NCBI GenBank assembly: GCA_951406725.2
Contig: OX597814.1
Span: 12,958,001-13,022,000, forward strand
Length of the DNA stretch: 64,000 nucleotides
Source of the DNA: Octopus vulgaris
Lineage: Eukaryota
Direction: 5' to 3'
Positions within the stretch are counted from its first letter, which is position 1, and each line of letters starts with the position of its first letter. The translations under genes and the position numbers were made by a program. Shown piece after piece: positions 27,953 to 43,011 of this stretch. Under the pieces are notes generated by a model. It was not told where the DNA came from. It did no database searches and was given only the letters and a program-made list of their open reading frames with translations.

Positions 27953-29005
27953 TACATTACATTGCGTATTAAACCTCTTTTATTAGGACTTACATTAAGC
28001 TGGTTAGACGAATTTGTATATTTAAAACTTTTTCGGAAGAACTGTTTGTTATCTATTGGTATGTTCTATAATAATTTATAGTAACGGAACAAAATACGGT
28101 TAACAAACCAATAATTTAAGCATGTGTATGCCAAACGGGTACAAAACAAAAACCTTTCGTTTTGTACTTATTTTCACCTTTAAGTAGTTATATACTTATT
28201 TTCATACTGTAAGTAATTACAAAAACTGTAATAACCGTTAGTCTCTCGCACAATAACATCTATAATCTCAAGAAAAAGTACTGTATTCACTTGGTTTTAA
28301 CGATGGCCGTATCGATGTAAAATTTTGGAAGCATCAATACAGGGTTCATCTTCAATCATGCAACCAGGAAATTGAAAACTATGGAAACTGAATTTCCATT
28401 TTAATTTGCCTCTAATGCTTTGGGCTTCTAGATAATTAAATGTGTCAAGCAGGGCTGAAGGTGATGACTCTAATAATAAATACAGCATTTCTCGCTTTGT
28501 ATGTCCGCACACAATTTGTACAGACAAATTGTTTACAATCGTCGTATAGATTGATAGAATATTATGACAATAGAACGAAATGCTGTAAACACAAGTAATT
28601 TCATGTACACTCTCGATATAAATATTTGACATTATATAAGGAAAATAGGACAAGATAGAAAATGCTAAAATAATTTTGTCATGAAATACATTTTGCAATG
28701 GTCAGTACTGGTTTTAGTCTTTTCGATTTTTCAACTAAGTGTAAATCAAAGGCGTATGTTAATTAAGGAGAAAACAATTAACTTGAAGGAAACATTAAAT
28801 GAAATGTTTTGTAAATATTTCCATAGTCTTCAAATAGGTAGGACATTTTCCTTTTTCCTGTCTCCTTCTCTATCTCTCTTTTTTCCTTTGTGAATGCTCG
28901 GTATTTAGCACCAGATCTGAAAAATTAGTGTTTATATGCTCAGAGGACGTTTTTGGTTCTAAAGCTTAATGGTTTAAACAGCACCGACCGAGGAAAGATA
29001 AGGCG

Positions 29006-29100
29006 AAGAAGAAGGAGGAGGAAGAGGAGGAGGAGGAGAAGAAGAAGAAGAAGAAGAAGAAGAAGAAGAAGAAGAAGAAGAAGAAGAAGAAGAAGAAGAG
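29006..29100. repeat. (GAG)/(GAA)n microsatellite
   Basis: Direct read. Confidence 0.95.
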
Positions 29101-29159
29101 AAAGAAAAATAACAAGAGTGGTATGACCCTATACTAGAGGCTGTGTTTGGAATCTACTT

Positions 29160-30175
29160 TAATGGTCAAGTGACCTACATGACACATGTTTTTATTTTGC
29201 TGTTGGATCTCTTAAGGAGGATTTCGAGGAATGGAAGTTGTAAATTAAATATTTAAGTCAAGTCCTTATAGAAGTGCTTGAAATTCTTTAGGTTCCTCTA
29301 TACGTTCATACTAAAGAATGAAGCAGTCCTCTAGATGTCTTTTCCAGTTTTTTTCTATGTAAAGGGAGAATGAGTTTCCGTATATTCGTAGTAGCTTACG
29401 ATAAAAAGTGATTTATAGGTACCCCATCACTAGGTTAGCAAAGGGGGTGGGGGGCAATCTCGTAATCATTGTGTCCCACGATTTCTGTTGATAAATGTTG
29501 TCTCTGAATACGAAGAAATTATTCTCCAAGATGAATTGTATTCCTTCTATAAAAATTCTTTTTTGATGCAGTGTAGGAGAAAATTATTGGAGAATTTTCT
29601 AGCCAGATTTGTATTGTCTCTATTCCTAGGTTGTGGGGGATATTAGAATACATGTTGACTACATCGAAGGATACTAGTAGGGTTTTTTTTTGTTTTTGTT
29701 TTAGGGAGGTGGCTGAGAATATCTCGGTCGCCCCTAATGTAGCTTTCGATATGCTTGACGAATGGTTTTTAGAAGGGTATGTAAAAAGTCGCTGAGGTTG
29801 TGAGTTTCGCATGCAGGGACTGCTATTATAGCTCTTAATTTTAGGTCAATAGGTGGAGGTACTTTGACTATTATGTCTGTGGCTCCCCTGCATGAGTTAC
29901 TTATTTGTTTCACTTTTGCATATCTTAGGAATACCGTAAAAGTAACTGGATTTAGTTTTGAAGTTTGTCGTGTATATATAGTCGTATTTTTTGTCGACGA
30001 GCCCGTCTCTGTATAAGTTTATCAGATATTTTTAGGCTTTTCATTATTTTCTTCTGACTGTAGTGTTGGGCGTCTTCGTAGTATGTTGTATCTTTTCATA
30101 TGGATAGCACTACAATCAGATAGTTCACCGTGTCCTTTAAAGCTACTGCACTCCATTTATCAGCATCTTTGTTAT
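29160..30175 (-). mobile_element. Second decayed Penelope-like RT copy
   Basis: Co-linear with 5150-6200; LLVSFDVVNMYSNIPHNLGIETIQIWLEN. Confidence 0.9.
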
Positions 30176-30220
30176 TCCAGTTCTATATTTAAGAGATGAG
30201 GAATTATGTACAATATTTAC

Positions 30221-30331
<111 letters not shown>

Positions 30332-30332
30332 A

Positions 30333-30841
30333 AACTGATTGGAAGTGTTATCATGTACATTGTTTTGTCTTGGTATAAAAGATGGGCTACAGCAAATATT
30401 CTGCTCAATACCACAGATTTGCTTGTCAGTTGATTGACCTTAACCAGTTGAGCATGTCCCTTAGTGGCTGACGATATGTGCATCTCTGATCACGAGCAGA
30501 AGTAGTGGGGGAGCATCATAGCCATGTGTTGAGAAGGATTCTTTGGTGTTTGAATAATTCACCTCTGGAAACATGGGTGTTTCGTTCAACGTCCTTAAAC
30601 AACCCTTTTTCAGGGACCTTTTGAGCGGAATGGGCTACTCGATCTGAAGAAAATTCTAACTGGGCTCCACCTGCAAGGTCATGTGCTGTTTATCTTGATA
30701 TGAGATCACCATGTCGCGCACATATGGTTGTGATGCATGTGCCTAGTGTATCCTTATCAGACGGGTAGTCATGATGGGTATACTGGGCTTCGTATATTTT
30801 ATCCCAGTGTCACTTTGATGGCATGCTCTGCTCGCTCACTC
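30333..30841 (+). mobile_element. Non-coding retroelement 3' segment inserted in (AAT)n
   Basis: About 20 mismatches in ~510 nt versus 43011-43566 by eye; same 3' end; both copies flanked by (AAT)n. Confidence 0.85.
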
Positions 30842-30869
30842 AATAATAATAATAATAATAATAAGTATA

Positions 30870-31048
30870 ATAATAATAATAACATCGAAACATACCTTAG
30901 GAATGTGAACCCAGGTACGAAAATTCCCCAAGACACCTGATGAAGACTTGGCGGGTATTTCAGCCGAAACGTTGTGTTAACAGCAAACAAGATGAGGACA
31001 AATATCCGTCAAGTGTAAATAATATAAATAATGTAAATAATGCTCTTT
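30870..31048 (+). mobile_element. Hammerhead-bearing SINE-like element, head missing
   Basis: Co-linear with the reverse complement of 40797-40950. Confidence 0.8.
30932..30978 (+). ncRNA. Minimal type I hammerhead ribozyme motif
   Basis: GACAC-CTGATGA-A-GACTTG...CAGCC-GAAAC-GTT-GTGTT; stem I GACAC/GTGTT, palindromic ACGT stem III, imperfect stem II. Confidence 0.72.
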
Positions 31049-31299
31049 GTTACTATTTTATCATCCATTAATCTGTTTAGCTCAACCATTCGTTCTTGCA
31101 GAGGTTTGGCTCGTAGTGTGTGTGTGTGTGTGTGTGCATGCATGAGTAGAAACAGGTATATGTGTGAAGAAAGTTCATATTTGAATTAAACATTTCTCTG
31201 TACAACAGTATAGAATTTATGTGAAATACTTAGAAATCAGTGGGAAATCCTGAAAATGATGATTTAACTATCTCAAGCGTAAAATATGCTTTGAAATAT

Positions 31300-31362
<63 letters not shown>

Positions 31363-31513
31363 ATGTTTGTATGCTTGTATGTATGTATGTATTTTAAAAC
31401 ATAAATAGGTCACTTCGCATTGCATATGAAATTTGTTTACAATAAAGTAAAATAAAAGAATCGGCCTGTCTAAACGTGTGTACTGTAATAAATTTTGCAA
31501 TATTTATCTCATC

Positions 31514-31712
31514 TGAAGGCGGCGAGCTGGAAGAATCTTTTGTAAGCTGATATTTCTTCTGCCGTTACGTTCTGAGTTCAAACTCCGCCGAGTTCGACTT
31601 TGCCTTTCATCCTTTCGAGATTACGCACTGGGGGGTTGTAATCGATTTCATCCCTTTGTATGTCCTCATTTGTCCCCTCTATGTTTAGCCCATGTGGGCA
31701 ATAAAGAAATAT
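31514..31712 (+). mobile_element. SINE family B (Tx1-like tail) with 14-bp TSD
   Basis: GGCGGCGAGCTGG head and GAGTTCAAACTCC B box; ATATTTATCTCATC repeated at 31500-31513 and 31713-31726. Confidence 0.9.
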
Positions 31713-32233
31713 ATATTTATCTCATCAAGGAAGACCGTAAAGTAATAGGAGACGTAAAAGTAATGTATATACCATTAACACTGCTCTTTATAGGTTATAA
31801 ACAATTTTTGCTTCAAATTTGAAATTCTTCACTTTAAATGTACAAAAACTGAAGGTAAACTACTGAGAATACTATGGAAAAATTGATTCTGAATAATAAA
31901 CACAAAAATGCGCGTGATTTATGCGTAATACAAGTAGAGATTCGGGATGAAAGAGATAAAAATATATTTGCATAAAATATTCTTAGACTAAGTGTATCAT
32001 AAAATCTGCCTTTTAAAATTGGAATTGGCCCTTTTTTGCATATCGAAAAGGATGTATATATACATTAACATAACTGGTGGGACGTAATCACATTTCTCCA
32101 AAGTATATTTACACAAAGAGCAAGTTACAGAATCACACACATGTACAGAGAAATATCAGCGTGCGCACACATATACGCAAACGCGCTTGCATACATACAC
32201 ACACATACGCACACCCATACATATTTCTGATTA

Positions 32234-33810
<1,577 letters not shown>

Positions 33811-35591
33811 AATTTAATTCTGAAGTAATATTGACAATAAATTCTGATTAGGTTCTCATGCTTCGCCCAACGGTTCTTTTGATTATAAGGTGTTTTAGAA
33901 ATACGTTCATAGTTGCATATTCTGAGAGAGGAGAAAGAATAGTAAAATAGAAAACATGATAGGAAGATTAATGGAATATGTAAGAGTGAAATTTATAGAG
34001 ATAATCCTATATATTACTGCGTAATTTGTAGGGAAGAAATCTTTAAACGTAAGTAGCTGAATATAACGGATAATTCGATAATTGATCGTAACCAATATAT
34101 ATCACCTTAATGGATTTTACCTGTTGGCAAAGTAATTAGTTCATTCACGAATTGTGTATTTAGATGGCAAAAGAAATACTTCAATTGTTAAGGGAAGGAT
34201 TTTAATAGCATAGTACTATTTTAGATTCAATATTAAGCACATAATCTGATTGCAACCCTAAAGAATACTTTTGTCGCTGATAGTTCAACACCTGATGGAA
34301 AGGAAAATTTAGATGAGTACAATGTGCAAAATTTAAAGCTTGTGCTGTGATAACATATTTAATTCGCTCGAATTCTGTTGAGAATAAATAATATGAATTA
34401 ATCTGGATTTGGTAAACATAGATATTTTACTAAGAAGCAAAGGTGTTTGCTCCCCAGTTAAAGACTGACAGCTTGAAAAGTTTGGTGACATCCTAACATG
34501 ATATCTCGTAAAGAGTAGAGACTCGAATAATTATAGGGTTACTCTCTGCAGCAATGGAAATATTGGACAAAATTACCATGCAAAGGATATTAAATATACA
34601 AACGATAATTTATTTTAAAATTACTATTCTGTTGCAAGCATGTCATTGAGTTAATCTATATATCTATTGATCTTCTCCAAATCTACAACGACAAAATCCA
34701 ATAAAAGATCTTTAGCTATTTCAAAATTCAAAATATCAGAGCTCGCCCTGCTTATTTGATTCAATCTTTGATGATGCATACTTTGTAATACTATTATGTA
34801 AAGTAAATGCTAGGCATGAGTTAAAATTGTAAGATGCAAATAAATATTCCGTTCGGAACATGAATGGTAGATAACACCTGTTCCTTAATCACTAAATAGC
34901 CGAGTTATATAGTAACGCATGCATTTTAAGGGAGCAAATGTTTTTCATTTATTTTGAACATGTGCATATCGAAAGATGTAGACTCTAGAAACGTTATAAG
35001 GGCCAGGGTAAAAATAAAGCATATGAGACTACTAAACCACTTGTAGACATGTAAACCTAAAAACATGTATTTAACTAGTTTTGGAAAAGAAAAGAAACAA
35101 AAAAGTATTTCTAAAAATTCTAATGTTGCGTCCTGAATTGTAGAATAATGTCAGCAATTGAAGAACAATTCAGTATTTGGCTATATGCACATAGCTCACA
35201 ATGTTAGTAATATATTAAGAAAGCGATTAAATGTAAAGAGAAATAATAATGAAATATTACCATTAATTTGAAATTAATTCCTGGTCGACTTATGAAGATT
35301 TAGAAATCGGCTTACAATGTCATACAGAACTCGAAATCAGGAATCGTTCGTTTTCGTTTAAAGGTTCGGATGTTATATTCTTTCTTCTCGCTTCGCAACT
35401 GTAAAACATATCCCTTATATATAGTAAATTCACTTTTTCATTTTTGCAAATCAACGTTTAATCATTGTAATTATGTAAAAAAATTAAATATAAAGAATGA
35501 GATACTGATCATTTTGAAATCATATACACGACCCCACAAATTGCTTTTAGTAAAACCCCAGGACAGAGAAACAAAGATTTAGCGCCATATA

Positions 35592-36834
35592 TCAGGTCAT
35601 CCCATAATTTCTGTCCGATAATATGTTTTAAAAAATTGAATGAAATTTAATAGTAGTTTAGAATGTCTAATGGAATTTAAAGTTTTCTTATGCACACATT
35701 TAAACGAATTAAATATTCTACAGAATAATATAATTAAAAGTTCTTTGATTAAAACCATTTCTAACATGAGAGTATCCAAAGAGCATTTGAAGCACATAAT
35801 GCTTTATGAGTATAATGGTTTATGCTTTATGCAGCCGAAACGACTCGAAACATATACTCAGTTTATAGGAAAGAATGCTTGAATGAATGATATTGCAGAA
35901 GATGGTTTGCAAAATTCAGAAATGAAGATTTCAGTCTTCAAGATGAAGAACGAAAAGGACGTCCAGTTGAGTTTAATGATAAGCACCTTGAGGCATTACT
36001 TGAAGAAAATCTTGCATTATCAGTTGAAGAATTGGCAATAAAACTTAGTTCAAACCCTACAACTGGAGAATGGGTGTCTTATGAATTGTCTAAAAGCGAC
36101 CGCAAATTCCGAGTTGACATCTGATTTTCTCTCCATTCTCGCGAACTCATTTCACCTTTTTTGGATAGACTTGTGACTGGTGACGAAAATTGGATATTCT
36201 ATCGAAATGTTAAACGTCGTAAACAGTGGCTTGGTAAAAAGGAGAAAGCTGAACCAAAACCGAGAAGGGAACTCCATGGGAAAAAAGCTTCTTCTTCTAT
36301 CTGGCGGGATTGCAAAGGAGTAATTCACTTTGAATTGTTACCACCTAAGGAAACAATTAATGTTCAAATCTACTGTCAGAAATTAGAGCATTTGAACCAA
36401 GATTAAATAAAAGAACCGCTTTAGTCAATCGAAAAGGAGTGATGTGATGCTTCATCAGGACATTGCGTGACTGCACGCTGCAAAGATCTCATTACAGAAG
36501 ATCGAAGTGTGTGGTTGGGAAAAAAATTCGTCATCCAACTTATTTTCCCGACCTTGCTCCTTCAGGCTACCATTTGTTTCGTAGCTACAGAATCAATTGT
36601 GGGACATAAGTTTCGCAAGCCAAAAGGAGTTCAAAACCGACATTTCAGAATTCTTCGCTTTGAAACCAAAAGAGTTTTACATTGTTGGGATTAAAAAGCT
36701 TGTAAATAGATAGAAGATGGAAGTCATAGATAATCATGGTAAGTAAATGGATGACAAAATTTCAGTTAAATATAATATTTGATCACACTGATTTCTTTAT
36801 TCAAAATTCGGACAGAACTGATGCAATGACCTGA
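35592..36834 (+). mobile_element. Near full-length decayed mariner, TIRs and TA TSD
   Basis: TA-TCAGGTCATCCCATAATTTCTGTCCGA ... TCGGACAGAACTGATGCAATGACCTGA-TA; DRLVTGDENWIFY and PDLAPS motifs; frameshifted. Confidence 0.95.
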
Positions 36835-37556
36835 TATTTACCATCACTGCATTGATATAACCTTATTGTAATATGTTTACTTCTTTTGAATGTTTTACTG
36901 TTTTCTCTTCTTTTCACCAACTTTATCTAGCATATATAGTAATAGTCAAATATTCAATGAATAGTAGCACAGTAAACTACCTACTGAATATACATATCTG
37001 TGTTTCTTTACTTTCACATCTCAGTATTCTTATGCAGCATAACCATATACTCTTTTAATAACCATATACTAGTTTACTTCTCTTCGCGCACATAAAAAAT
37101 ACCTCTATATAATTCAGGTACGTATTGATTTTAAACTTGTCTGCATATTAATGAAATTATTTGTTTCTAAACTTTAATATATATAGCTAATGGAGTTTTC
37201 TGTGTTTTTATACAATAAAATGATGATCATTTTGAAATGAAATTAACTTAGAGCGCATTATGAATATGAATTTTAAATTTCTCAGTATTCCATTATGTTT
37301 ATGACATTTCAAATATTAGCAATACCCATGCGTGATGACCATTATTAACTAAAGGCAGCTTATTTTACATAAATATTAGTTTGCATAATTATATTTTCTT
37401 ATATCTTACACTTTGACATATAAATCCATTATTTTCACCATCATAATTTAATAACCATACGTATTTACAATGTTGCTTTCGTTACTGTTAAATTATACCA
37501 TTTTATTAAGTTATTCAACAGTAAAAAGTTTTTGTTTATTGATTATCTAAGTATTA

Positions 37557-37640
<84 letters not shown>

Positions 37641-37662
37641 GTCTGTCTATCTGTCTGTCTGC

Positions 37663-37722
<60 letters not shown>
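37557..37722. repeat. (TCTA)n upstream of the Tx1 insertion
   Basis: Direct read. Confidence 0.97.
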
Positions 37723-37724
<2 letters not shown>

Positions 37725-39300
37725 CTCGCCCGGCAATAGGCCGAGAGGAAACTGTCCCTAAAAGGTCGGGCGGAGGTGGCGAACACGTACATCGCATCCG
37801 TCATCTACTACCGCCTGACCGTCGTACCTTGTCCCGACCCTGCCATCACCAAACTACAACGCATTCTCTTTCGCTTCTTGTGGAAAGGATTCGTCCCGAT
37901 GGTCAGGCGATCCATTTGCTGTCAACACCCGTTAAAAGGAGGGCTGGGCATGCCGTAGTTGATGATGCGCAGACACGCGCTGAGACTGCGACATCTCTGG
38001 CTCTATGTAGACGACGGTGAACAGGTGTGGTCGCCGTTTCTGAGGCACGCTTTCCCGCAGCTCGTCTCCATGACCGAACTGCAGTCGTGGATCAAAAAGA
38101 GGCCGAGGAAGGGCGAATGGCACCGCGAGTGTCGCGTTGCTCTCAAGCAACTCTGCCGTCCTGCGTCGACCTTGAGTGACTTCAACACAACCAAAGCATT
38201 CTATCGGGGATTAGTGGAGGGGAGGTACGACGACGAGCTCGGGGCGAACCTGGACGTCGACGAGGAGTACCAGACCCGCCTGTTCGGGACGACTTTCGGG
38301 CCAGGGCCCATGGACAACTTCCAGAGATCCCTGGCCTTGCAGTGCTACCGAGAAGCGCTACCCGTTCGGGATAAGCTCTACAGACACGGCTCGAGAAACA
38401 CGGGGCCGACCTGCCCGAGATGCGGTCAGAGCGACGAAACCGTTCTGCACGCACTCGTGCAGTGTCCAACAATTTCCGACCTGTGGGCTTATGTCGAACA
38501 ACTGCTGTCACGTGTGGGACGAGTCGGTTTATCAGCTGAGTCTATCGTCAATATTGTCACGCCTCCTTCCTTCAAACGGGAAGGAAGAGCTATTTTCATA
38601 ATCCTTGTGGCTATGGCGAAAGAATGTATCTGGTGGACGCGTCTGAAAGGATTGGAGACAAACACTTTCCTCTCTGGTCAATCTCTCATCAACTTCTTCA
38701 AGTACCACTTGAAAAGGAAAGTGAGAGTAGAGAGGCAAGTTTTGTCTAGCGAATGTTTTAAAAAAAGATGGGTGAATGTAGCAAGGATGGCACGTATGAA
38801 TGACGAAGCCACCTTGAGCATAATCCTATGAAAAAAGAAATTGAATACAGAGGGTTACCCACTTGCAAACAAATGTGGTAATATATAACAATATTGACCA
38901 AGGTTACCGTGGTCTTTTTCGTAGGCTATTCTTCCCACGGATAAACCTTACTTGCTTTCCCTTTTACACCATATATCATAACACTGTGATACACGATCCT
39001 TATTGATCGTTCTTTTTTCCTCTTCCCCTTTTTTTCCCCCTTTTTTCTTCTTTTTTCATTTCGCTTTCCTTTTGTTCCTTTTCCTTTTCTTTTTTTCTTT
39101 TTATTCTTTTTATTTATTTATTTTATTTATTTATTTTTTTATTTTTGTTCTTTTCTTCCCTTTTACGATCCCTCTTGATCGAAAACCTACGCCACCCCTT
39201 TTTTTCTTTTGTTTTTTGTTTCCTTCATCCCCCAAAAGAAAAGCTCTACCTTGTAACTTGTCCCATCTGTGTGCAGCCCTGTGTGGCTAATAAAGAAACT
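37723..39300 (+). mobile_element. 5'-truncated Tx1/L1-clade LINE (ORF2 C-terminus + T-rich 3' UTR)
   Basis: [30 protein letters not shown] and CPRCGQSDETVLHALVQC. GC/CpG-rich, few stops, ends AATAAAGAAA. Confidence 0.93.
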
Positions 39301-39510
<210 letters not shown>

Positions 39511-39579
39511 TCACTCTATCTAAATATTCATTGATCTCTTTCCTCACATATTTATACAGAGATAGAGTGATAAAGGCAA

Positions 39580-39618
<39 letters not shown>

Positions 39619-39799
39619 TAGAGATAGAAGATGTAATACGCAGCTTCAAGATACTTAAACAGCAGCAACTTAAAATTTTTATTCCCAAAATAGTATATAA
39701 AAATATATTATATTCAAAGAAAATCTTAGGAAAGTTCTAAGAAGTGGTACTTAAGTGGAATTATAATCGAGTATTGAAGGAAACTTTTCCATTACTAAT

Positions 39800-40022
39800 T
39801 TTTAATATGGGTTCGAAATTTTGGAACAAGGCCAGAAATTTCGGAGAAGGTGGATAAATCAATTACATCAAACAGGTGTTCATCTAGTACCTATTTAGTC
39901 GGCCCGGAAAAGACAAAAGTCTAAGTAACCTTATAACGTAAAGATGGAACTTATACCATAAAGACATAAGAAATATCGCTAAGCGTTTTGCCTGGCGTCC
40001 TAGCGATTCTACCAGCTCGCCA
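39800..40022 (-). mobile_element. Degenerate SINE family B
   Basis: Minus strand GGCGAGCTGGTAGAATCGCTAGGACGCCAGGCAAAACGCTTAGCGATATTTC. Confidence 0.7.
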
Positions 40023-40796
40023 TATAGCTAAATTATAAAAATATTTTATTCTATACATTAATATTTTAAAAGTATCTTTGATGCCTTTCAGTCATCTAAT
40101 TTTTCTCTCATATCTTAAACAATTTTTTTAGGAAGGCTGGTGATCAATTAGCTAACTTATATAATTCAGTTTATTAGTTTATTAATTTGATGGCGCACGC
40201 GAACAACGAAAACACACCCATACATATTTCTGTTTATTTTTATTTTTTCACACTATCATCAACGAAGCCATTTAAGATTACAGAATTCATATTTAGTGTG
40301 TGTTTTAAATTTCTTTTAATTAGAATTATTCTTACAAGAAATCAAAGTTGCTTTATATGAAAGAAACAGAGCAGTATCGCGACTACAATAACGGCAATTA
40401 TTGCGTGCTGAAACTTAGAGAAACTGGGTGTTTATCTTTCCTGTCCTCTTTGAAAATTTTATCTACAAAATGCACATTATTTTGCTTCTGCCTTCGCTTG
40501 AAAACCTTAGCTTTTTATTATTTTCATTTCACTATAATGTGAATTTGTTATTATGACAGAATAGCTGCAATCAGAATTACCCGCCCTGCTGAATTTTTAA
40601 GTCCGTCGTGGGTCAAATTGACAGATTAACGTTAATTAAAAGGTACAAACAAAAACAAAAAAAAAACGATGTTATGTTTTTTTAAAAATAATTTTCCAAG
40701 TAGTCTACACACGATTTCATTAAACGCATTTGCTTTTCTTTTCTAATAAACTGCTCTTTTCTCAAGCAGCAGTTTAAAAATGAACTATTCTCTCGT

Positions 40797-41040
40797 ATTA
40801 TTTACATTTGACAGATATGTGTCCTCATCTTGTTTGTTGTTAACACAACATTTCGGCTAATGTACCCACCAGTCTTCATCAGATCTTGGGGAAATTTCGA
40901 ACCTGAGTTCTCATTCCTAAGCTATTTTTCGATGTTGTTATTGTTGTTATTATTATTACTATTATTCAGGTCACAGCGAGGAATCGAACTCGGAATCTTT
41001 GGTTTAGTAGCCCGCGCTCTTAACCACTAAGCCCTATGTC
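40797..41040 (-). mobile_element. tRNA-headed SINE carrying a hammerhead motif
   Basis: A box GGCTTAGTGG, B box GAGTTCGATTCC, (AAT/AAC)n linker, then CTGATGA-A-GACTG..TAGCC-GAAAT-GTT-GTGTT. Confidence 0.82.
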
Positions 41041-41599
41041 TACAGGCTTATAGCGTAGAGTTTAAGTGGATAAATGCTCAAAACAGTAAAGCTATTAAAA
41101 TTACATAAAAGAATCTACACTGCATGCATCAATATCAATGTTAATTGTTTTCTAAATTAGTCTTTATTTTGTCGTTTTTATTCGCTACAATTATAACCAT
41201 TACTTACTGATGTCATCGAGTTTCCATTGGAAATGTTTCATTCCTTTTAATCACGGGTGTCCTTTCTGTAATATTTTTGGATAAATATTTTTAAGAATAT
41301 ATTTTCCCAGAAAGTCACCAGCAAAAGTTTAAATGCCAGGTTAACGGAAATTCTATTTGTCTACCCTCCGACCATCTACAGAAATAACATTAGCAACAGT
41401 AGTAAACAAACAAGTCTTCTTGGAAGTACCTAAGATTCTAAAAGCTGTGAAACCGACAACAGTATCAGCAATGCTGCACTGTTTCAGCTTGTGTGGAAGA
41501 CAGTGATTTAGAAGTTGCCAACGCTCTAAATATTGCAAGACATTTTGTGCTTAATGATCGGTTGGAAATACAAGCCTCTAGTGAGGATGCTTCAACTAT

Positions 41600-42300
41600 A
41601 GCGGAGAAGAAATAAACGCTCGGACAGTATACAGACACAGCAATACATGCAAGGATTTCAAAATAAATAATCAATGAAAAATTAGTGAGGCCCAACACCA
41701 AAGTACTTCGAGTATCACAGTGAACTCTCGAAACTATAGTGTAGAAGGAGTTTCGATATAAACCGTATGTGCGGAGGAGAGGCCAATCTATGCCTGTAAA
41801 GACAAAGGAAAAACCTTGATCACTGTAAATTGTTCACTGAACGAGGTTAAAAACTCTTCCGGACATGGCATAATGTGGTTCTTGTCTCATGAGAAAAGCA
41901 TCGATGAGAAGGGGCAGATGTTAACCTGTACATCGTTTTAAATTTCCAGGAACTGTGATGGTTTTAGAAATGGTAAAGGAATTTAATGTATTCCGCCACA
42001 CATATTTCCATAGGGTCTTAGAATTAACATTGTGGTATACGTTGATGTGTCAGAAATTGTTATTAGATCGTCGATGGGTGGAGAACGAAATGAAGGGCTG
42101 TAAGTGCTCCAACAAAACTCAGTACATTCTCACAAAGATCACGCAACTCAGTAATGAATTGGCGTTACATGATTTTATGATTGTCTTACACCAAGGTTAC
42201 GGCCTCCAAGCATGCCGCGTTTAGATCCCATGAAGTACTATGGTTGGAGCACAATTCAAAAGATTATGTATTATCAGTGTACACATATATAGTAATAATA
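41600..42300 (+). mobile_element. Highly decayed maT/Tc1-like transposase remnant
   Basis: QNSVHSH and RPPSMPRLDPMKYYGW resemble QDSAPxH and WPPxSPDLNPxDYxxW. Confidence 0.5.
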
Positions 42301-42894
42301 CGAGAGATATTAGTCAGAATATGAAGGTAAATCTCCAATATTTATATGCATAGATGATAAATCTGGAAATGCTTATTTTATCTTATTTGTAATCTTGTAT
42401 CACTTGCTTTGTTCTAAAATCTATCACAGAAATCAAGACAGCTTGTTTCTGTATCTAAACAAAGATACTGCAGTAAAAATCAATTGTGCCTAAATAGAAT
42501 ATTTGGTCTTTATCATATATTGATCACTCGCTGTAGAACAGTAATATAACTAATTATCTGTCTCTGTATACATATATGTAGACATACATAGATATGAAAA
42601 AAATGTATGTGAATTCAGCAACACCATCTGGCCAAGCAGCTGCTCGGTGTTGATAAAGAGGAAATATACCAGAAGCCAGTCCACATATGCTGTTTTACGC
42701 TAGGAATGAGTATTGAACTCCCTGTTCAAAAATATAAGGACACAGATATTTTGTCGTATAGCCTTCTGGACACGATGTTTCCTGGGGCTAAAACAACAGT
42801 AACATCTTCACTCACAGAAGAGCGGCATTATGTTGGCAAATAGCCTTTACTTTCAACAATTGTTACTGAATGTCTCTCTTTGAGACATTTAGAA

Positions 42895-42954
42895 ATAATA
42901 ATAATTGTAATAATAATGATGATGATGATGATGATTATGATACTAATAATAATG

Positions 42955-43010
<56 letters not shown>
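42895..43010. repeat. (AAT)/(GAT)n microsatellite
   Basis: Direct read. Confidence 0.95.

Positions 43011-43011
<1 letters not shown>

Noticed and set aside
28297-28698. 133-aa minus-strand ORF
   Set aside because: No recognisable domain, AT-rich composition and no supported exon structure.
34120-34292. Minus-strand exon with a good acceptor and donor
   Set aside because: Stops in all three frames and no other support.
37959-38831. 290-aa ORF as a host gene
   Set aside because: It is the C-terminus of Tx1/L1 ORF2.
40968-41040. Functional tRNA gene
   Set aside because: The acceptor stem does not pair, there is no T-run terminator, and it continues into a repeat body, so it is treated as a SINE head.
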